In this document: piece after piece, positions 52,675 through 63,920 of the stretch
Position numbering within the stretch: the first letter of the stretch is position 1
Layout of the letters: each line of letters opens with the position of its first letter
Assembly: GCA_965218585.1 (NCBI GenBank)
Contig: CBDCLE010000025.1
Location: forward strand, 32,001 to 96,000
Length of the DNA: 64,000 bases
Direction of reading: 5' to 3'
From: Terriglobia bacterium
Lineage (GTDB): Bacteria; Acidobacteriota; Terriglobia; 20CM-2-55-15
Notes under the pieces: model-generated
What the model was told of the DNA's origin: nothing
Databases searched by the model: none
Seen by the model: only the letters and a program-made list of their open reading frames with translations
Position numbers and translations under genes: made by a program

Positions 52675-53462
52675 AGCAACTCCTTCAACGCCGCTCCGGG
52701 ATCTTTTGAACGGACCAGCCTCTCACCGATCAGAAACGCATCCGCGCCTGCCTCGCCCAACTGCTGGACATCGGTCTTCTTGTGGATGCCGCTTTCTGCG
52801 ACAAACAGAACACCATCCGGAATCAGCTCACCGAGACGAATTCCTGTCTGGAGGCTGACTTCAAAGGTCTTCAGATCCCTGTTGTTGACTCCGATGATTG
52901 AAGCTCCCGCCTCGAGCGCTTCGGCAAGCTCAACCTCGTCGTGAACTTCGACGAGCGCATCCAGCCCGAACTCCCCGCAGCTTTCCAGGAGACGAACAAG
53001 CTCGCCCGTTTCCAGCATCGCAACGATCAACAGGGCCGCACTGGCGCCTGCAGCTCTAGTTTCAGCCAACTGATACGCGTCGAAGATGAAATCCTTCCTC
53101 AGTACGGGTAACCCTGAACTCCGGGCAGCGAGACCCACCCAGGCCAGACTTCCCTTGAAGAAGTCTTCTTCAGTAACGACGGATATAGCCGAGGCACCAG
53201 ACCGGGCGTAGGTTCCGGCCAAGGCCGCAACGTCCAGGTCGGCAATCAAGACCCCGGCGGACGGTGACGCTTTCTTAACTTCCGCTATGATCCGTGTTCT
53301 TCCATCCGCCTCAAGAGCGTTTCGGAAAGACGGGACCGGGGCGGCCGTTGCCGCCATCTTCCGTACGATGGCTTCCGGTGCACGCAACTCGGAATCCTTA
53401 ACACGTTTGCGCTTAGCCTTCAGGATCCGGGCTAAGACATGCGTTTCGGCGAGTTTCTTCAT
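52671..53462 (-). CDS. trpC: indole-3-glycerol phosphate synthase
   Basis: IIAEVKKASPS, LRKDF, GVNNRDL and AESGI. Confidence 0.96.
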   Translation of the reverse strand: MKKLAETHVLARILKAKRKRVKDSELRAPEAIVRKMAATAAPVPSFRNALEADGRTRIIAEVKKASPSAGVLIADLDVAALAGTYARSGASAISVVTEEDFFKGSLAWVGLAARSSGLPVLRKDFIFDAYQLAETRAAGASAALLIVAMLETGELVRLLESCGEFGLDALVEVHDEVELAEALEAGASIIGVNNRDLKTFEVSLQTGIRLGELIPDGVLFVAESGIHKKTDVQQLGEAGADAFLIGERLVRSKDPGAALKELL

Positions 53463-54472
53463 GATGCCGACAAGGCCTGAAGTGCTTCGAGCTTCCCCAG
53501 CGCGTTTCCCGAATCAATCGCGTCCGCTCCAACTGCGAAGCCCGATTTCAGATCTTTAGCCAAACCCGCAGCGGTAATCGCCGCGGCCGCATTCAGTAAG
53601 ACCGCATCTCGGTGGGGACCCTTCGCGCCTCGGAGCACCTCGCGGACTATACCGGCATTGGTCTGGGCGTCGCCTCCCCGGATCGCCTCGAGCGAAGACC
53701 TCTCTACACCCAGATCCTCGGGCTGAAGGACAAAACTATTCAGCTTCCCGTCATGGCACTCGACGATACGCGTCGGGGCAGCGATCGAAATCTCGTCCAC
53801 ACCGTCTGTCCCGTGAACGACGAACGCGTGAGTCACCCCCAGGCGACTAGCTGCGTTAGCCATAAGATCCAGTATGTTGTCAGAATTGACACCAATGACC
53901 TGAAATCGTGCTGCAGCAGGGTTGGCCAGCGGACCGAGAATGTTAAACACCGTACGCACCTTGATTTCGGACCTGACGGGCATGACGTACTTCATAGAAC
54001 GATGGAATGCCTGTGCGAAGAAGAAGCCGATACCAATCTCCTTCAACGCCTTCCGTAGCTTCTCGACGGGCATCTGAATATCGACGTCCAGAGCTTCCAT
54101 GACATCCGCGCTCCCTGAACGACTGCTGATAGACCGGTTTCCGTGTTTAGCTACCGAAGCTCCGGCTCCGGCCGCCACGAAAGCAGCTGCCGTGGAAATA
54201 TTGAACGTTCCTGACCTGTCTCCACCCGTGCCCGCTGTATCGAGAGTTTCGAGCGGTTCACCTTCCCAGACGGGCGTTGCCTTTTCCCGCATGACGCGGG
54301 CAAACCCCACAAGCTCTTCAAGCGTCTCGCCTTTCATTCGAAGCGCCGTCAAAAAGGCTGCAACCTGCGCGGAGGTCGATTGTCCAGTCATGATTTCGTT
54401 CATGACTTCGCGGGCCTCATCCTCACTCAGATCGATGCCTTCGGTTAACCGCACGATGACGTCGGTGATCAT
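53459..54472 (-). CDS. trpD: anthranilate phosphoribosyltransferase
   Basis: DTAGTGGD, NISTA, KHGNRS and FNILGPL.NP. Confidence 0.96.
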   Translation of the reverse strand: MITDVIVRLTEGIDLSEDEAREVMNEIMTGQSTSAQVAAFLTALRMKGETLEELVGFARVMREKATPVWEGEPLETLDTAGTGGDRSGTFNISTAAAFVAAGAGASVAKHGNRSISSRSGSADVMEALDVDIQMPVEKLRKALKEIGIGFFFAQAFHRSMKYVMPVRSEIKVRTVFNILGPLANPAAARFQVIGVNSDNILDLMANAASRLGVTHAFVVHGTDGVDEISIAAPTRIVECHDGKLNSFVLQPEDLGVERSSLEAIRGGDAQTNAGIVREVLRGAKGPHRDAVLLNAAAAITAAGLAKDLKSGFAVGADAIDSGNALGKLEALQALSAS

Positions 54473-55026
54473 AATTTCAGAAAGTTCGACAGCAGGTCAT
54501 GTCCAACCTGGGTCAATATCGATTCCGGGTGAAACTGAATGCCTTCGGTCGAACCGTCCCGGTGCCGCACGCCCATGACAACGCCATCCTCAGTTGTCGC
54601 GGTCGGCTCCAGACTGTCGGGAAGATCATCCACCATCAGAGAATGATATCGAGTAGCTGAAAAATCCTGGGGCAAGTCCGCAAAAATCGTCCGGCCATCG
54701 TGATGGATACGGCTCACCTTACCGTGCATCAGGTTTGGGGCAGCGACAACCTGGCCTCCAAACACCTCAGCGATGGCTTGATGCCCGAGGCACACACCCA
54801 GAATCGGGATTTTGGCATGAAAGTACTCTACAACCTGTTCCGAAATTCCAGCTCTGGAGGGAACGCCCGGACCTGGAGAGATGACGATACGGTCCGGCCT
54901 GCTCTCGTCGATGGCTTCTACAGTCGTCTTGTCGTTTCGGAATACGTACGGTTGCTCACCCAACTCCCCCAGATACTGAACCAGGTTGTAGGTAAAGGAG
55001 TCGTAATTATCGATAACGACGATCAT
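54469..55026 (-). CDS. trpG: anthranilate synthase component II
   Basis: IDNYDSFTYNL, GVCLGHQ, RYHSL and QFHPES. Confidence 0.95.
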   Translation of the reverse strand: MIVVIDNYDSFTYNLVQYLGELGEQPYVFRNDKTTVEAIDESRPDRIVISPGPGVPSRAGISEQVVEYFHAKIPILGVCLGHQAIAEVFGGQVVAAPNLMHGKVSRIHHDGRTIFADLPQDFSATRYHSLMVDDLPDSLEPTATTEDGVVMGVRHRDGSTEGIQFHPESILTQVGHDLLSNFLKL

Positions 55027-56525
55027 ATCTCCAGGCCTTTCGCAGCCAGCTCGACAGCTCGCACCAAGGCCCGAGCCTTGTTTACCGTCTCCATGTATTC
55101 AGTCTCGGGTACGGAATCAGCCACGATTCCGCCGCCTGCCTGGATATAACCGCGGCCGTCCTTTGCGAGGAGCGTCCGGATAGCGATACACGAATCCAGG
55201 TTATTGCTGAAATCTGCGTAGAGAACAGCTCCGGAATAGACACCACGCCTTGTCGGTTCCTGCTCGTCGATGATCTCCATCGCACGAACCTTGGGCGCAC
55301 CCGATACCGTTCCCGCTGGGAAGCAGGCCATTAGCGCATCAAAGCGATCCACATCATCGGCAAGCTCTCCCGACAGAGAAGAAACCAGATGCATTACGTG
55401 GGAATACCGCTCAACGAACATGAAGTCGTCCACGTGCACCGTACCGTACTTCGAGACTCGACCCAGATCGTTGCGGCCCAGATCGACGAGCATGACGTGC
55501 TCGGCGCGTTCTTTTTCATCGGCTAGCAATTCATCCGCAAGTCGACGGTCTTCGGATTCGTCCTGCCCACGCGGACGCGTCCCGGCTATAGGACGATACG
55601 CCGCGTTTCGGCCGCGAACCTGGATCAACATTTCTGGAGATGCCCCCACGATGGAAGCGTCGGGCATCTCGAGAAAGTACATATACGGCGAGGGGTTAAC
55701 CATGCGGAGCGCCCTGTAGATCTCAAACGGGGGCATTGGCAGATCCACTTCGAAACGTTGCGCCAACACGACTTGAAAAATGTCGCCGGCGGTGATGTAT
55801 TCTTTGGCGCGCCTGACAGCTTCGAGGTAATCCTCTTTATCGAAATTCGATCGGACTTCGACCTCAGTCTGGCTTCGTGTCGGCGTCGGAATCTCCACAG
55901 CCTGGCTTAACAGGGTCTCTGTCGCTTCTATTTCTTCCACTGCTTTCGCGTACAGAGTTTCAATCGATTCCTCACGCTCATCGTTCTCGTTCAGAAAGAG
56001 GTTCGACACGATGTGAATCTGATTTCTAAGGTGATCGAAGGCAAGAACGGTCCTGAAGAACATCAACGTCGCATCGTTGCTGCCGAGGTCGTCGTGACCG
56101 GAATCGGGAATTTCTTCGATCAGGCGCACCATGCCATAGCCGAAGTACCCGACGGCTCCACCGGAAAATGGTGGCAGGCCTGGAACCGCTACCGATCGAA
56201 AACTTCGCATCGTCTTGCGCAAGTCGTCGAAAAAGTTCTCGCGTTCGGCCGGGGGAAAGTGCCTGTGCTCAGTCTTATCATCGGAAACGTCGGGCGCGGT
56301 TGGCCCGACACTGATTACGAGAAAAGGATCGCAACCGAGGAACGAATAGCGCGCCAGTTTTTCGCCCCCCTCAACGGATTCGAGCAGGAACGCATGGCGG
56401 CTTCCCTCCCGGAGCTTGAGGAAAGCGGAAACCGGCGTCAGGAAGTCGGCGACGACCGATTTGTAAATCGGAACGACGTTGCCGTCCTTGGCGAGTTGCT
56501 TAGCTTCTTCCAGACTGGGACGCAT
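55023..56525 (-). CDS. trpE: anthranilate synthase component I
   Basis: [24 protein letters not shown] and [10 protein letters not shown]. Confidence 0.96.
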   Translation of the reverse strand: MRPSLEEAKQLAKDGNVVPIYKSVVADFLTPVSAFLKLREGSRHAFLLESVEGGEKLARYSFLGCDPFLVISVGPTAPDVSDDKTEHRHFPPAERENFFDDLRKTMRSFRSVAVPGLPPFSGGAVGYFGYGMVRLIEEIPDSGHDDLGSNDATLMFFRTVLAFDHLRNQIHIVSNLFLNENDEREESIETLYAKAVEEIEATETLLSQAVEIPTPTRSQTEVEVRSNFDKEDYLEAVRRAKEYITAGDIFQVVLAQRFEVDLPMPPFEIYRALRMVNPSPYMYFLEMPDASIVGASPEMLIQVRGRNAAYRPIAGTRPRGQDESEDRRLADELLADEKERAEHVMLVDLGRNDLGRVSKYGTVHVDDFMFVERYSHVMHLVSSLSGELADDVDRFDALMACFPAGTVSGAPKVRAMEIIDEQEPTRRGVYSGAVLYADFSNNLDSCIAIRTLLAKDGRGYIQAGGGIVADSVPETEYMETVNKARALVRAVELAAKGLEI

Positions 56526-57129
56526 GGCGATTCTTCAGTTCGCGAGTGATGTCTTCCAGGGACACACCGCGTTCGACGAGCAGGACCATTAGGTGATAGA
56601 TCAGATCGGAAGTCTCTGAAACGAGCTCTCGAGGCTCCTGGTTTTTGGATGCAACAATCGTCTCCGTTGCCTCTTCGCCTACCTTCTTGAGAATCTTGTC
56701 CAGCCCGCTGTCAAACAGGTAAGTCGTGTAACTGCCCTCGGGACGCGATTCCTTTCGTCCCTCAATAAGTTCAAAGAGCTGGCCTAAGAAACCCTCAAAT
56801 TGAGGTTCGACACCGAAACAGGAATACGTTCCCTTGTGACACGCAGGCCCTGCGGGCGTCACTTCAACGAGGACCGTATCAGAATCACAATCCAAACGGA
56901 CCTGCTGGACCGACTGCAGGTTCCCTGACGTTGCTCCCTTGTGCCAGATTTCCTGCCGGCTCCGACTGTAGAAGTAGGTTTCGCCTTTATCCAGCGTCAA
57001 CCCGAGCGACTCCCGATTCATGTACGCCACCATCAGGATCTCACGCGTCGCACTGTCCTGGACAACGGCAGGCACTAGGCCGTCGGCATCAAACTGAACG
57101 CTTTCAAGGATCTTCTTTCTATCCGTCAT
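56500..57129 (-). CDS. hisIE: bifunctional PR-AMP cyclohydrolase / PR-ATP pyrophosphatase
   Basis: SRSR..W.KG.TSG, DCDSD, CHKG..SCF and KKVGEEA.E. Confidence 0.96.
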   Translation of the reverse strand: MTDRKKILESVQFDADGLVPAVVQDSATREILMVAYMNRESLGLTLDKGETYFYSRSRQEIWHKGATSGNLQSVQQVRLDCDSDTVLVEVTPAGPACHKGTYSCFGVEPQFEGFLGQLFELIEGRKESRPEGSYTTYLFDSGLDKILKKVGEEATETIVASKNQEPRELVSETSDLIYHLMVLLVERGVSLEDITRELKNRHASQSGRS

Positions 57130-57908
57130 CGAACCACAACCCCCTCATCCCGAAGGTGCGCCTTGGCCTCCTCGATCGTGAACTTTCTGAAGTGAAAGAT
57201 CGATGCAGCCAGAACGGCACTGGCTTTTCCCTCGACCAGGGCATCGAGCAGGTGATCGAGATTTCCCGCTCCACCCGAAGCGATCACGGGGACATCCAGA
57301 CCCGAAGCTATTTCCCGCGTAAGCTCAATGTCATAGCCGTCGTTCGTACCGTCAGCATCCATGCTCGTGAGCAAAATCTCACCCGCACCACGCCGGGCAG
57401 CCTCCCGGGCCCATTCGACGGCGTCGTTGTCGGTCCGGGTGCGGCCACCGTGGGTGTAAGCCTGCCATTTAACCGGACATTTTTTCGGACCGTCATCCAT
57501 AGGTCGCTCTCTACGGGCGTCGATTGCGACGACGATGCACTGGCTGCCGAATCGCTCAGCGACCTCGCTGACCAATTCCGGACGTTCTAGTGCGGACGTA
57601 TTGATGGACACCTTGTCGGCTCCAGACCGGAGGATATCCCGAACGTCCTCTACCGATCGTAACCCGCCACCTACCGTAAACGGGATGTTGATCGAGTCGG
57701 CGACCCGGCGAACCATATCGGTGACGATATCTCTTCGGTCCGAGGAAGCTGTAATATCGAGGAACACCAACTCGTCGGCTCCTTCCTCGGAATAGCGCAG
57801 TCCTGTTTCAACGGGATCCCCGGCATCCCTCAGCTCAAGAAAGTTCACGCCCTTGACAACACGTCCCTCCTTTACATCTAAACAGGGAATGATGCGCTTA
57901 GCTAACAG
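57126..57908 (-). CDS. hisF: imidazole glycerol phosphate synthase cyclase subunit
   Basis: [23 protein letters not shown] and LTSMDADGT. Start is CTG 57908 or TTG 57923. Confidence 0.96.
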   Translation of the reverse strand: MLAKRIIPCLDVKEGRVVKGVNFLELRDAGDPVETGLRYSEEGADELVFLDITASSDRRDIVTDMVRRVADSINIPFTVGGGLRSVEDVRDILRSGADKVSINTSALERPELVSEVAERFGSQCIVVAIDARRERPMDDGPKKCPVKWQAYTHGGRTRTDNDAVEWAREAARRGAGEILLTSMDADGTNDGYDIELTREIASGLDVPVIASGGAGNLDHLLDALVEGKASAVLAASIFHFRKFTIEEAKAHLRDEGVVVR

Positions 57909-58635
57909 GGCCGGCCTCCACAATATTCAGGACTTCCTCCAGATCTATTCGTCCTTCGTACAGGGCTTTGCCTATGATTGCGCCTTCGAGACGAGGATGT
58001 CCCACTTCGTGCAAGAGCTCGATGTCTGAACGATCCGACACACCACCGGAAGCAATGACACGAAGACCTGTGGTATCGAGCATCTTTTTGGTAGCTTCCA
58101 CATTGACGCCTCCGAGCTCACCGTCACGGGAAATATCGGTATAAATCACCAGTTCGACGCCGGCTGTCTCAAGTTGAGTGGCCAGTTCGAGGGCCGTCAA
58201 CGACCCATCGCTGGTCCACCCCTCTAAACGAACTGCTCCATCACGTGCGTCAATTCCGACTGCGATCCGAGCACCAAAGCGCGTGATTGCATCGCTGAGC
58301 AGGTCGGGGCTTTTTACCGCGGCAGTTCCAAGGATGACCCGGTCAACACCCGTGTCCAGCAAGCGTTCCACAGCCTCTATGTCCCGTATGCCTCCGCCCA
58401 CCTGAATCTGTACGTCCGGGCACCGGGTACGTATTCCCCTGATCGCATCTATGTTCCGGGACTCCCCTTCGAAAGCACCGTCCAGGTCCACAACATGCAA
58501 CCACCGTGCGCCAGCCTTAACCCATCGGCTGGCCATATCCACCGGCACTCCGTAAACGGTCGACTCCTCGCGACGGCCTTGACGGAGGCGGACGGCCTGC
58601 CCTCCGAGAATGTCAATTGCAGGATAGAGATTCAT
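57898..58635 (-). CDS. hisA: ProFAR isomerase
   Basis: [30 protein letters not shown] and TDISRDG. Confidence 0.96.
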   Translation of the reverse strand: MNLYPAIDILGGQAVRLRQGRREESTVYGVPVDMASRWVKAGARWLHVVDLDGAFEGESRNIDAIRGIRTRCPDVQIQVGGGIRDIEAVERLLDTGVDRVILGTAAVKSPDLLSDAITRFGARIAVGIDARDGAVRLEGWTSDGSLTALELATQLETAGVELVIYTDISRDGELGGVNVEATKKMLDTTGLRVIASGGVSDRSDIELLHEVGHPRLEGAIIGKALYEGRIDLEEVLNIVEAGPVS

Positions 58636-59237
58636 GATCGTGCGAAGTTGTCGAGAATACGTTCACCGACGTGTTGGCTCTTCTCAGGATGAAACTGCGT
58701 CGCCCATACATTCCCGTTCCCCACTACGGAAGCAAATTCGATTCCGTAATCCGTGCTGGCGACAACCAGCTCCGGGTCGTCCGGCATCACGTAGTAGGAA
58801 TGGACAAAGTAGACGAAACTGCCCTCGTCAATGCCCTCCAGAATGGTATTCCGTTTTTGCCTGTGAAGCTGGTTCCAACCCATGTGCGGTACGTGGACAC
58901 CTTCCGGAATGCGTCTGACCTTTCCAGACAAAATACCCAGTCCGGAGTGATTGCCAAACTCTTTACTCTCGGTGAACAGGAGTTGCATGCCCAGACACAC
59001 ACCCAGCATCGGTGTGCCTTCCGCCACTTTCTTCACGATAAGTTCAGCCAGCCCAAGTTCATGCAGATTCCGCATCGCGTCACCGAAGGCGCCTACACCA
59101 GGCAGGATCAGTTTCCGGGCGCTGCTGACATCCTCGCGCCGGGAGGTGACACACGTCTCGTGTCGAAGGCGACCGAGCGTGTTCTCCAGGCTCCGAAGGT
59201 TGTTCAGCTGGTAGTCAATAATCGTAATCATCTTCAA
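58632..59237 (-). CDS. hisH: imidazole glycerol phosphate synthase glutaminase subunit
   Basis: LPGVGAF, GVCLGMQ, PHMGWN, YFVHSY and QFHPEKS. Confidence 0.95.
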   Translation of the reverse strand: MKMITIIDYQLNNLRSLENTLGRLRHETCVTSRREDVSSARKLILPGVGAFGDAMRNLHELGLAELIVKKVAEGTPMLGVCLGMQLLFTESKEFGNHSGLGILSGKVRRIPEGVHVPHMGWNQLHRQKRNTILEGIDEGSFVYFVHSYYVMPDDPELVVASTDYGIEFASVVGNGNVWATQFHPEKSQHVGERILDNFARS

Positions 59238-59240
59238 GAG

Positions 59241-59297
59241 CGGTCAGCTTCTCAGTTGTCAACTGCAACCTGACAGCAGAACGCCGATCGCTGAGGG
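59241..59297. repeat. short imperfect palindrome of 7-nt periodic TCAG../..CTGA units
   Basis: GGTCAGCTTCTCAGTTGTCAAC then CTGACAGCAGAACGCCGATCGCTGAG, in the hisB-hisH gap. Confidence 0.45.
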
Positions 59298-59305
59298 CCT
59301 CTTAG

Positions 59306-59896
59306 CTACAACGTCCCTTTGGTTGAAGGAATTTCGCCGTCGTCAAACACCACTCGGCTCGCCAGGTGGATTGCACGGGCCGCAGCTTTGAACATCGTCT
59401 CGGCCATGTGGTGCTGGTTCCTCCCGTACAGGACTTCTGCATGAAGGTTCAGCCGGCCCTGCTGAACAAAAGCTTTGAAAAACTCCTCTATGAGCTCAGT
59501 CTGCAAGTCGCCAAGTAACGCCGTTTCGAAACGGGCCTTGTAAATGAGATATCCACGACCAGAAAAATCCACAACCACGCGACTGAGCGCTTCGTCCAGG
59601 GGAACGTAAGCGTGTGCGAAGCGCGCAATTCCACGACGTTCGCCCAGCGCTTCGTCGACGGCTTGGCCGAGAGCCCAACCGACGTCCTCTACGGTGTGGT
59701 GACCGTCGATTTCAAGGTCGCCCTTGGCCGCAATCTCCAAATCCATGCGGCCATGCCTTGCCAGCTGCGCCAACATATGATCGAAGAAAGGAATTCCAGT
59801 TGAGATTTCGTGCTCTCCAGTTCCGTCCAGGTTCAGGCGCACACGGATATCCGTTTCTTTCGTCGTCCTCTGTTTTTCTGCGATGCGAGGATTCAT
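59306..59896 (-). CDS. hisB: imidazoleglycerol-phosphate dehydratase
   Basis: R.TKETDI, FFDHML, DGHHTVED, NQHHMAE and PSTKG. Confidence 0.97.
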   Translation of the reverse strand: MNPRIAEKQRTTKETDIRVRLNLDGTGEHEISTGIPFFDHMLAQLARHGRMDLEIAAKGDLEIDGHHTVEDVGWALGQAVDEALGERRGIARFAHAYVPLDEALSRVVVDFSGRGYLIYKARFETALLGDLQTELIEEFFKAFVQQGRLNLHAEVLYGRNQHHMAETMFKAAARAIHLASRVVFDDGEIPSTKGTL

Positions 59897-60969
59897 GCCA
59901 GTGTCTCCAGTGCCCTGTCAAGAGCCTCAAGAAATCGCGTATTCTCATCCGGAGTACCCACGGAAACCCGCAGACACCCCTCAAGCATCGGGTAACCGCT
60001 CACGTCCCGCACAAGAACGCCCAACTCGTATAGGGCATCGAACAGCTGAAGAGCGGGGAACTGTGTGCGAAAGAGGATGAAGTTGGCGCGCGAGGGAAAG
60101 GCCTCAACACCTTTACGGCCGTCCAACTCTCCGTGTAGCCGCGAGCGTTCAGCAAGGAGCCGTCTCACCGGTGGCTCAACGTCAAACTCCTCAGCAATCA
60201 ACTCCGCCGCCGCCAACGTAAATATGTTCACGTTGTAGGGCAGCTTCACTTTCTGAACTTCAGTAGCGATCGCAGCGCTGGTCATCATGTAGCCAAAACG
60301 GAGACCGGCCAGCGACCATGCTTTCGAAAACGTTCTCAGCAGCAAGAGATTGTCGAATTTCTCCAGCAGCGGAAACAGCGTCTGCCCACTGAACTCGTGA
60401 TATGCCTCATCGATAATCACAAGCCCTCGTGCTTGGGAGAGGAGGCGTTCGGCATCGGATCGCTCCAGCAACGATCCGGTGGGGCTGTTAGGCGAACAGA
60501 CGATGACAACGTCCGATCCTTGCGCCGCTTCCAATAATTTGTCGACGTCAAAAGAAAAATCCGCCTCCTTTAACCCAACGCGTTCGATCGTGGCGCCCGC
60601 TGCTGTCGCCATCAATTCGTAAAGAGCGAATGTGGGCTGGGGGATGGCCACCCTTTTACCCGGGCCGAGTGTTACGGTTACCGCCGCGCTGATCAACTCG
60701 TTCGAACCGTTGCCAACCAGAATGCCGTCCGCATTCCACCCGGTAAATCGAGCGAGCGTCCGGAGAAGCTTTCCGGGCACGAACTCCGGATAGCGCCCCC
60801 AGTCTCTCTGGAGGGCACGATCCACAATCCTCCGCTTGAGATCCTCGGGGATCTCGTACGGGTTCTCATTCTGGTCGAGTTTGACCTCCGCCTCGAAGTG
60901 CGTCAGCGTATAGGCCGATACCGCCCGCACCTCCGGCTTAATGACTTCGGATTGTGATCGATCGGGCAT
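59893..60969 (-). CDS. hisC: histidinol-phosphate aminotransferase
   Basis: KLDQNENP, GNGSNE, DEAY and RTFSKAWSLAGLR. Confidence 0.95.
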   Translation of the reverse strand: MPDRSQSEVIKPEVRAVSAYTLTHFEAEVKLDQNENPYEIPEDLKRRIVDRALQRDWGRYPEFVPGKLLRTLARFTGWNADGILVGNGSNELISAAVTVTLGPGKRVAIPQPTFALYELMATAAGATIERVGLKEADFSFDVDKLLEAAQGSDVVIVCSPNSPTGSLLERSDAERLLSQARGLVIIDEAYHEFSGQTLFPLLEKFDNLLLLRTFSKAWSLAGLRFGYMMTSAAIATEVQKVKLPYNVNIFTLAAAELIAEEFDVEPPVRRLLAERSRLHGELDGRKGVEAFPSRANFILFRTQFPALQLFDALYELGVLVRDVSGYPMLEGCLRVSVGTPDENTRFLEALDRALETLA

Positions 60970-62221
60970 GTCCTGTCAGACCTTCTGCAATTGCGAACTT
61001 TTCTATGAGGCTACCTGAGCGTTCGATCGCCCGGCCTGAATAACGCACAATGCTTGTCCGCTTCAAGAAGTCATAAACACCGAGCGGTGAAAAGAACCGG
61101 GCCGACCGAGCGGTCGGCAATACATGATTCGGACCTGCAAAATAGTCGCCAACGACGGTCGGAGAGTAACGCCCAATAAAGACAGCGCCGGCATTCCTAA
61201 TGCCGTCGGCAATCCGGTCGGGCTCAGCCATCAGGACTTCCACGTGCTCGGGCGCGATGTGGTTGACCAGCCGGATGGCATCCTCTTGTCCACCGACTAT
61301 GAAACTGATCCCATTGTTGGCGACAGCCGTCCGGGCAATGGAATCTCTGTCCAGTGTCTCCAGCTGGATCTGGACCTGGTCGAACACCGCAGCTGCGAGG
61401 TCCTCAGACCAACAGATGAGCCAGACACCGGCCATCTCGTCATGTTCTGCCTGAGCCAACAGGTCCGCCGCGATCCAGCTCGGATCGCAGGTTTCGTCAG
61501 CCACTACGGCGACTTCACTGGGACCGGCGATCATGTCGATGTGCACACGGCCGAAGACAAGCCTCTTGGCCCCCTGAACGTACTGATTGCCGGGCCCGAC
61601 GATCTTGTCGACACTCGGAATAGATTCGGTTCCAAACGCAAGGGCCGCGATCGCCTGCGCACCACCCACTCGATAGACTTCGTGTATGCCAAGAAGGTCG
61701 AGGGCGGCTGCAACCAACGGATTCTCCTCGAGTGATTTCGGCGGCGTTGCCACGACCAGGCGTTCGACACCCGCTACCTGAGCCGGAATCGCGTTCATCA
61801 GCACGGACGAAGGATAGGCTGCCTTGAATCCCGGGATGTAGAGCCCCACAAGGCCGACAGGGGTGATCCGCTGGCCCAGATGGACGCCGTCTCCGGCGTA
61901 GATCTCCCAGGACTGCTGCAACTGCTCCTCATGAAATTGTCGAATGTTGGAAATTGCAATCTTGAGAATCTCTACAAGCTCGTCATCAGCACCGCTGGCA
62001 TATTCCCGGATCTGTTCACCGCTGACACGTACATGTTCTGGATCGAGCGTAGTTCCGTCGAAGCGACTGGTGTATTCGAACAACGCTTCATCACCCCGGT
62101 CACGGACCCCCGCAACGATGTCGGCGATCGTCTGGCTGACATCCGTTTCACCCTCGGCCGAAGGTAACAACCTGTCTACCACACCCAGATCCAGCGTTTC
62201 ACTTAGATCGACGATCCGCAT
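60938..62221 (-). CDS. hisD: histidinol dehydrogenase
   Basis: GGAQAIAALA, IDMIAGPSE, LAQAEHD and GPNHVLPT. Confidence 0.97.
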   Translation of the reverse strand: MRIVDLSETLDLGVVDRLLPSAEGETDVSQTIADIVAGVRDRGDEALFEYTSRFDGTTLDPEHVRVSGEQIREYASGADDELVEILKIAISNIRQFHEEQLQQSWEIYAGDGVHLGQRITPVGLVGLYIPGFKAAYPSSVLMNAIPAQVAGVERLVVATPPKSLEENPLVAAALDLLGIHEVYRVGGAQAIAALAFGTESIPSVDKIVGPGNQYVQGAKRLVFGRVHIDMIAGPSEVAVVADETCDPSWIAADLLAQAEHDEMAGVWLICWSEDLAAAVFDQVQIQLETLDRDSIARTAVANNGISFIVGGQEDAIRLVNHIAPEHVEVLMAEPDRIADGIRNAGAVFIGRYSPTVVGDYFAGPNHVLPTARSARFFSPLGVYDFLKRTSIVRYSGRAIERSGSLIEKFAIAEGLTGHARSITIRSH

Positions 62222-62847
62222 CAGACCAAACCCTCCAGGGTCTCCACCATCTGTACGATTTCTTTCCGCTTCGTCTGGTAACTCGCTCTGTTAATCATCA
62301 GGCGCGCCGAACTCTCGGCGATGACCTCTACGATCTGCATCCCGTTGTCCGCCAGCGTGCGTCCTGTTTCCACGAGGTCTACAATCCGGTCCGCAAGTCC
62401 CACTAGAGGTGCCAGTTCGATCGACCCCGACAGAGGGATAATCTCCACCGCAATCCCCTGCGCATTGAAGTGCTCAAGCGTGATATGCGGATATTTGGTC
62501 GCGACGCGGACGACTGTGCGGAACGGTTCGTCCCCGCCCGGCTTCCTATCGGGGACTGCCACTACAATTCTGCACTGACCGAACCCCAGATCGAGCGGCT
62601 GCAGCACGTCAGTCTCCGATTCCATCAGCACGTCTCGACCTGCGATGCCGGCATCCGCCGCACCGTACTCAACGTACGTCGGTGCGTCCATGGGCTTCAC
62701 CAGTATCACGCGACACTTACTGTCCTTCGAATCGAAAATGAGCCTCCGGGATTCGGCAACGTCTTCTTCAAATTCGATACCCGCACGCGCCAGTAAATCC
62801 AGTGACGGTTCAAGAAAGCGCCCCTTCGCGATCGCAATCACAAGCAC
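62221..62847 (-). CDS. hisG: ATP phosphoribosyltransferase, short form
   Basis: IAIAKGR, ATKYP, GSIELAP and DLVETG.TL; 208 aa, next to hisZ. Confidence 0.96.
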   Translation of the reverse strand: MLVIAIAKGRFLEPSLDLLARAGIEFEEDVAESRRLIFDSKDSKCRVILVKPMDAPTYVEYGAADAGIAGRDVLMESETDVLQPLDLGFGQCRIVVAVPDRKPGGDEPFRTVVRVATKYPHITLEHFNAQGIAVEIIPLSGSIELAPLVGLADRIVDLVETGRTLADNGMQIVEVIAESSARLMINRASYQTKRKEIVQMVETLEGLV

Positions 62848-63920
62848 AACCGCACCCGCCTGCCTTCCCGACGCACTCGTATGGCTTCTTCGAAACTGGT
62901 TTCCTCACTTCCGGGTTCGGAGTCGATTTCGACCCCAAACGCCTTCGGGTCCACGATCTGTTCCAGCCGGTCCAGGCTGAATGAAAATCCAACCGCCGGC
63001 GTATCATGGCCAAACTGAGCGGGGAGGCCGTCATATCGCCCTCCGCTGGCCACTTCGAAGCCCAGACCGCGAACATAAGCCCGAAAGAGAATGCCGCTGT
63101 AATAGTCGAATCGTCGAATCTCCCCGAGATCGATCGTCAGATGCTGGTCCAGACCCAACCGCTCAAAGATCCCATATATGTTTTCGAGATGTCCGACGGC
63201 GCCTACGGACCGTTCATTGGTAACCAGCTCTCGAGCCTTGGCGAGGGTCTCGCGCCCTCCCGTTAGATGAGGGATCGCAAGCAGAATGTCCTTCAGGCGC
63301 TTTTCGAAACTGAGGCCGTCGAGCATCCTCTCCAATCCGGTTTGATCCTTAACGTTCAACAACCCTTTGAGCTGGTCGATATCTTTCTCGGGAAGATCGA
63401 TCCTGTCGACAATGCCGCCGAAGAAGTCCACACTCCCGAGGTTGATCTGGAAGTCCGTAACGCCGAGTTTTTCGAGGACCTCCATACAGACCAGCAACAC
63501 CTCACCGTCAGAATTCAAGGCCGAGCCTCCGTAATGTTCCAGCCCCATTTGAGCAAACTCCCTCTGCTGACCCCCCTTTGGCGTTTCAAACCGGAGCACC
63601 TCGCCGGAATAAGAGAGACGAACCGGTTTGGGTTCTTCCGACAGCCGCGTGGCCGCCATCTTCGCAAGCAGAGACGTGAATTCAGGCCGCAGAGCAAGAA
63701 CGTTGCCTTCACGGTCTATAAACCTGTATATGCGATCCTCCAGCTCGTTCCCCATTCCCTTCACAAAAACATCGAAGTAGTCGAGCATCGGGGGGATGAT
63801 CTCTTCGTAGGACCACCCTTCGAAAACCGAAAATATGGCCCTCTCGACAGCCCGGCGACGACGCGCAGCATCGCCGATAAGGATCTGGGTACCAGGCGGT
63901 ATCTGCGTAAGCGAATTCAT
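62838..63920 (-). CDS. hisZ: ATP phosphoribosyltransferase regulatory subunit
   Basis: HisRS-like motifs LRPEFT, REFAQMGLE, YYSG and GGRYD. No anticodon-binding domain; next to hisG. Confidence 0.9.
   Translation of the reverse strand: MNSLTQIPPGTQILIGDAARRRRAVERAIFSVFEGWSYEEIIPPMLDYFDVFVKGMGNELEDRIYRFIDREGNVLALRPEFTSLLAKMAATRLSEEPKPVRLSYSGEVLRFETPKGGQQREFAQMGLEHYGGSALNSDGEVLLVCMEVLEKLGVTDFQINLGSVDFFGGIVDRIDLPEKDIDQLKGLLNVKDQTGLERMLDGLSFEKRLKDILLAIPHLTGGRETLAKARELVTNERSVGAVGHLENIYGIFERLGLDQHLTIDLGEIRRFDYYSGILFRAYVRGLGFEVASGGRYDGLPAQFGHDTPAVGFSFSLDRLEQIVDPKAFGVEIDSEPGSEETSFEEAIRVRREGRRVRLCL

Noticed and set aside
62838-63920. Histidyl-tRNA synthetase call
   Set aside because: It lacks the anticodon-binding domain and precedes short-form hisG, so it is HisZ.
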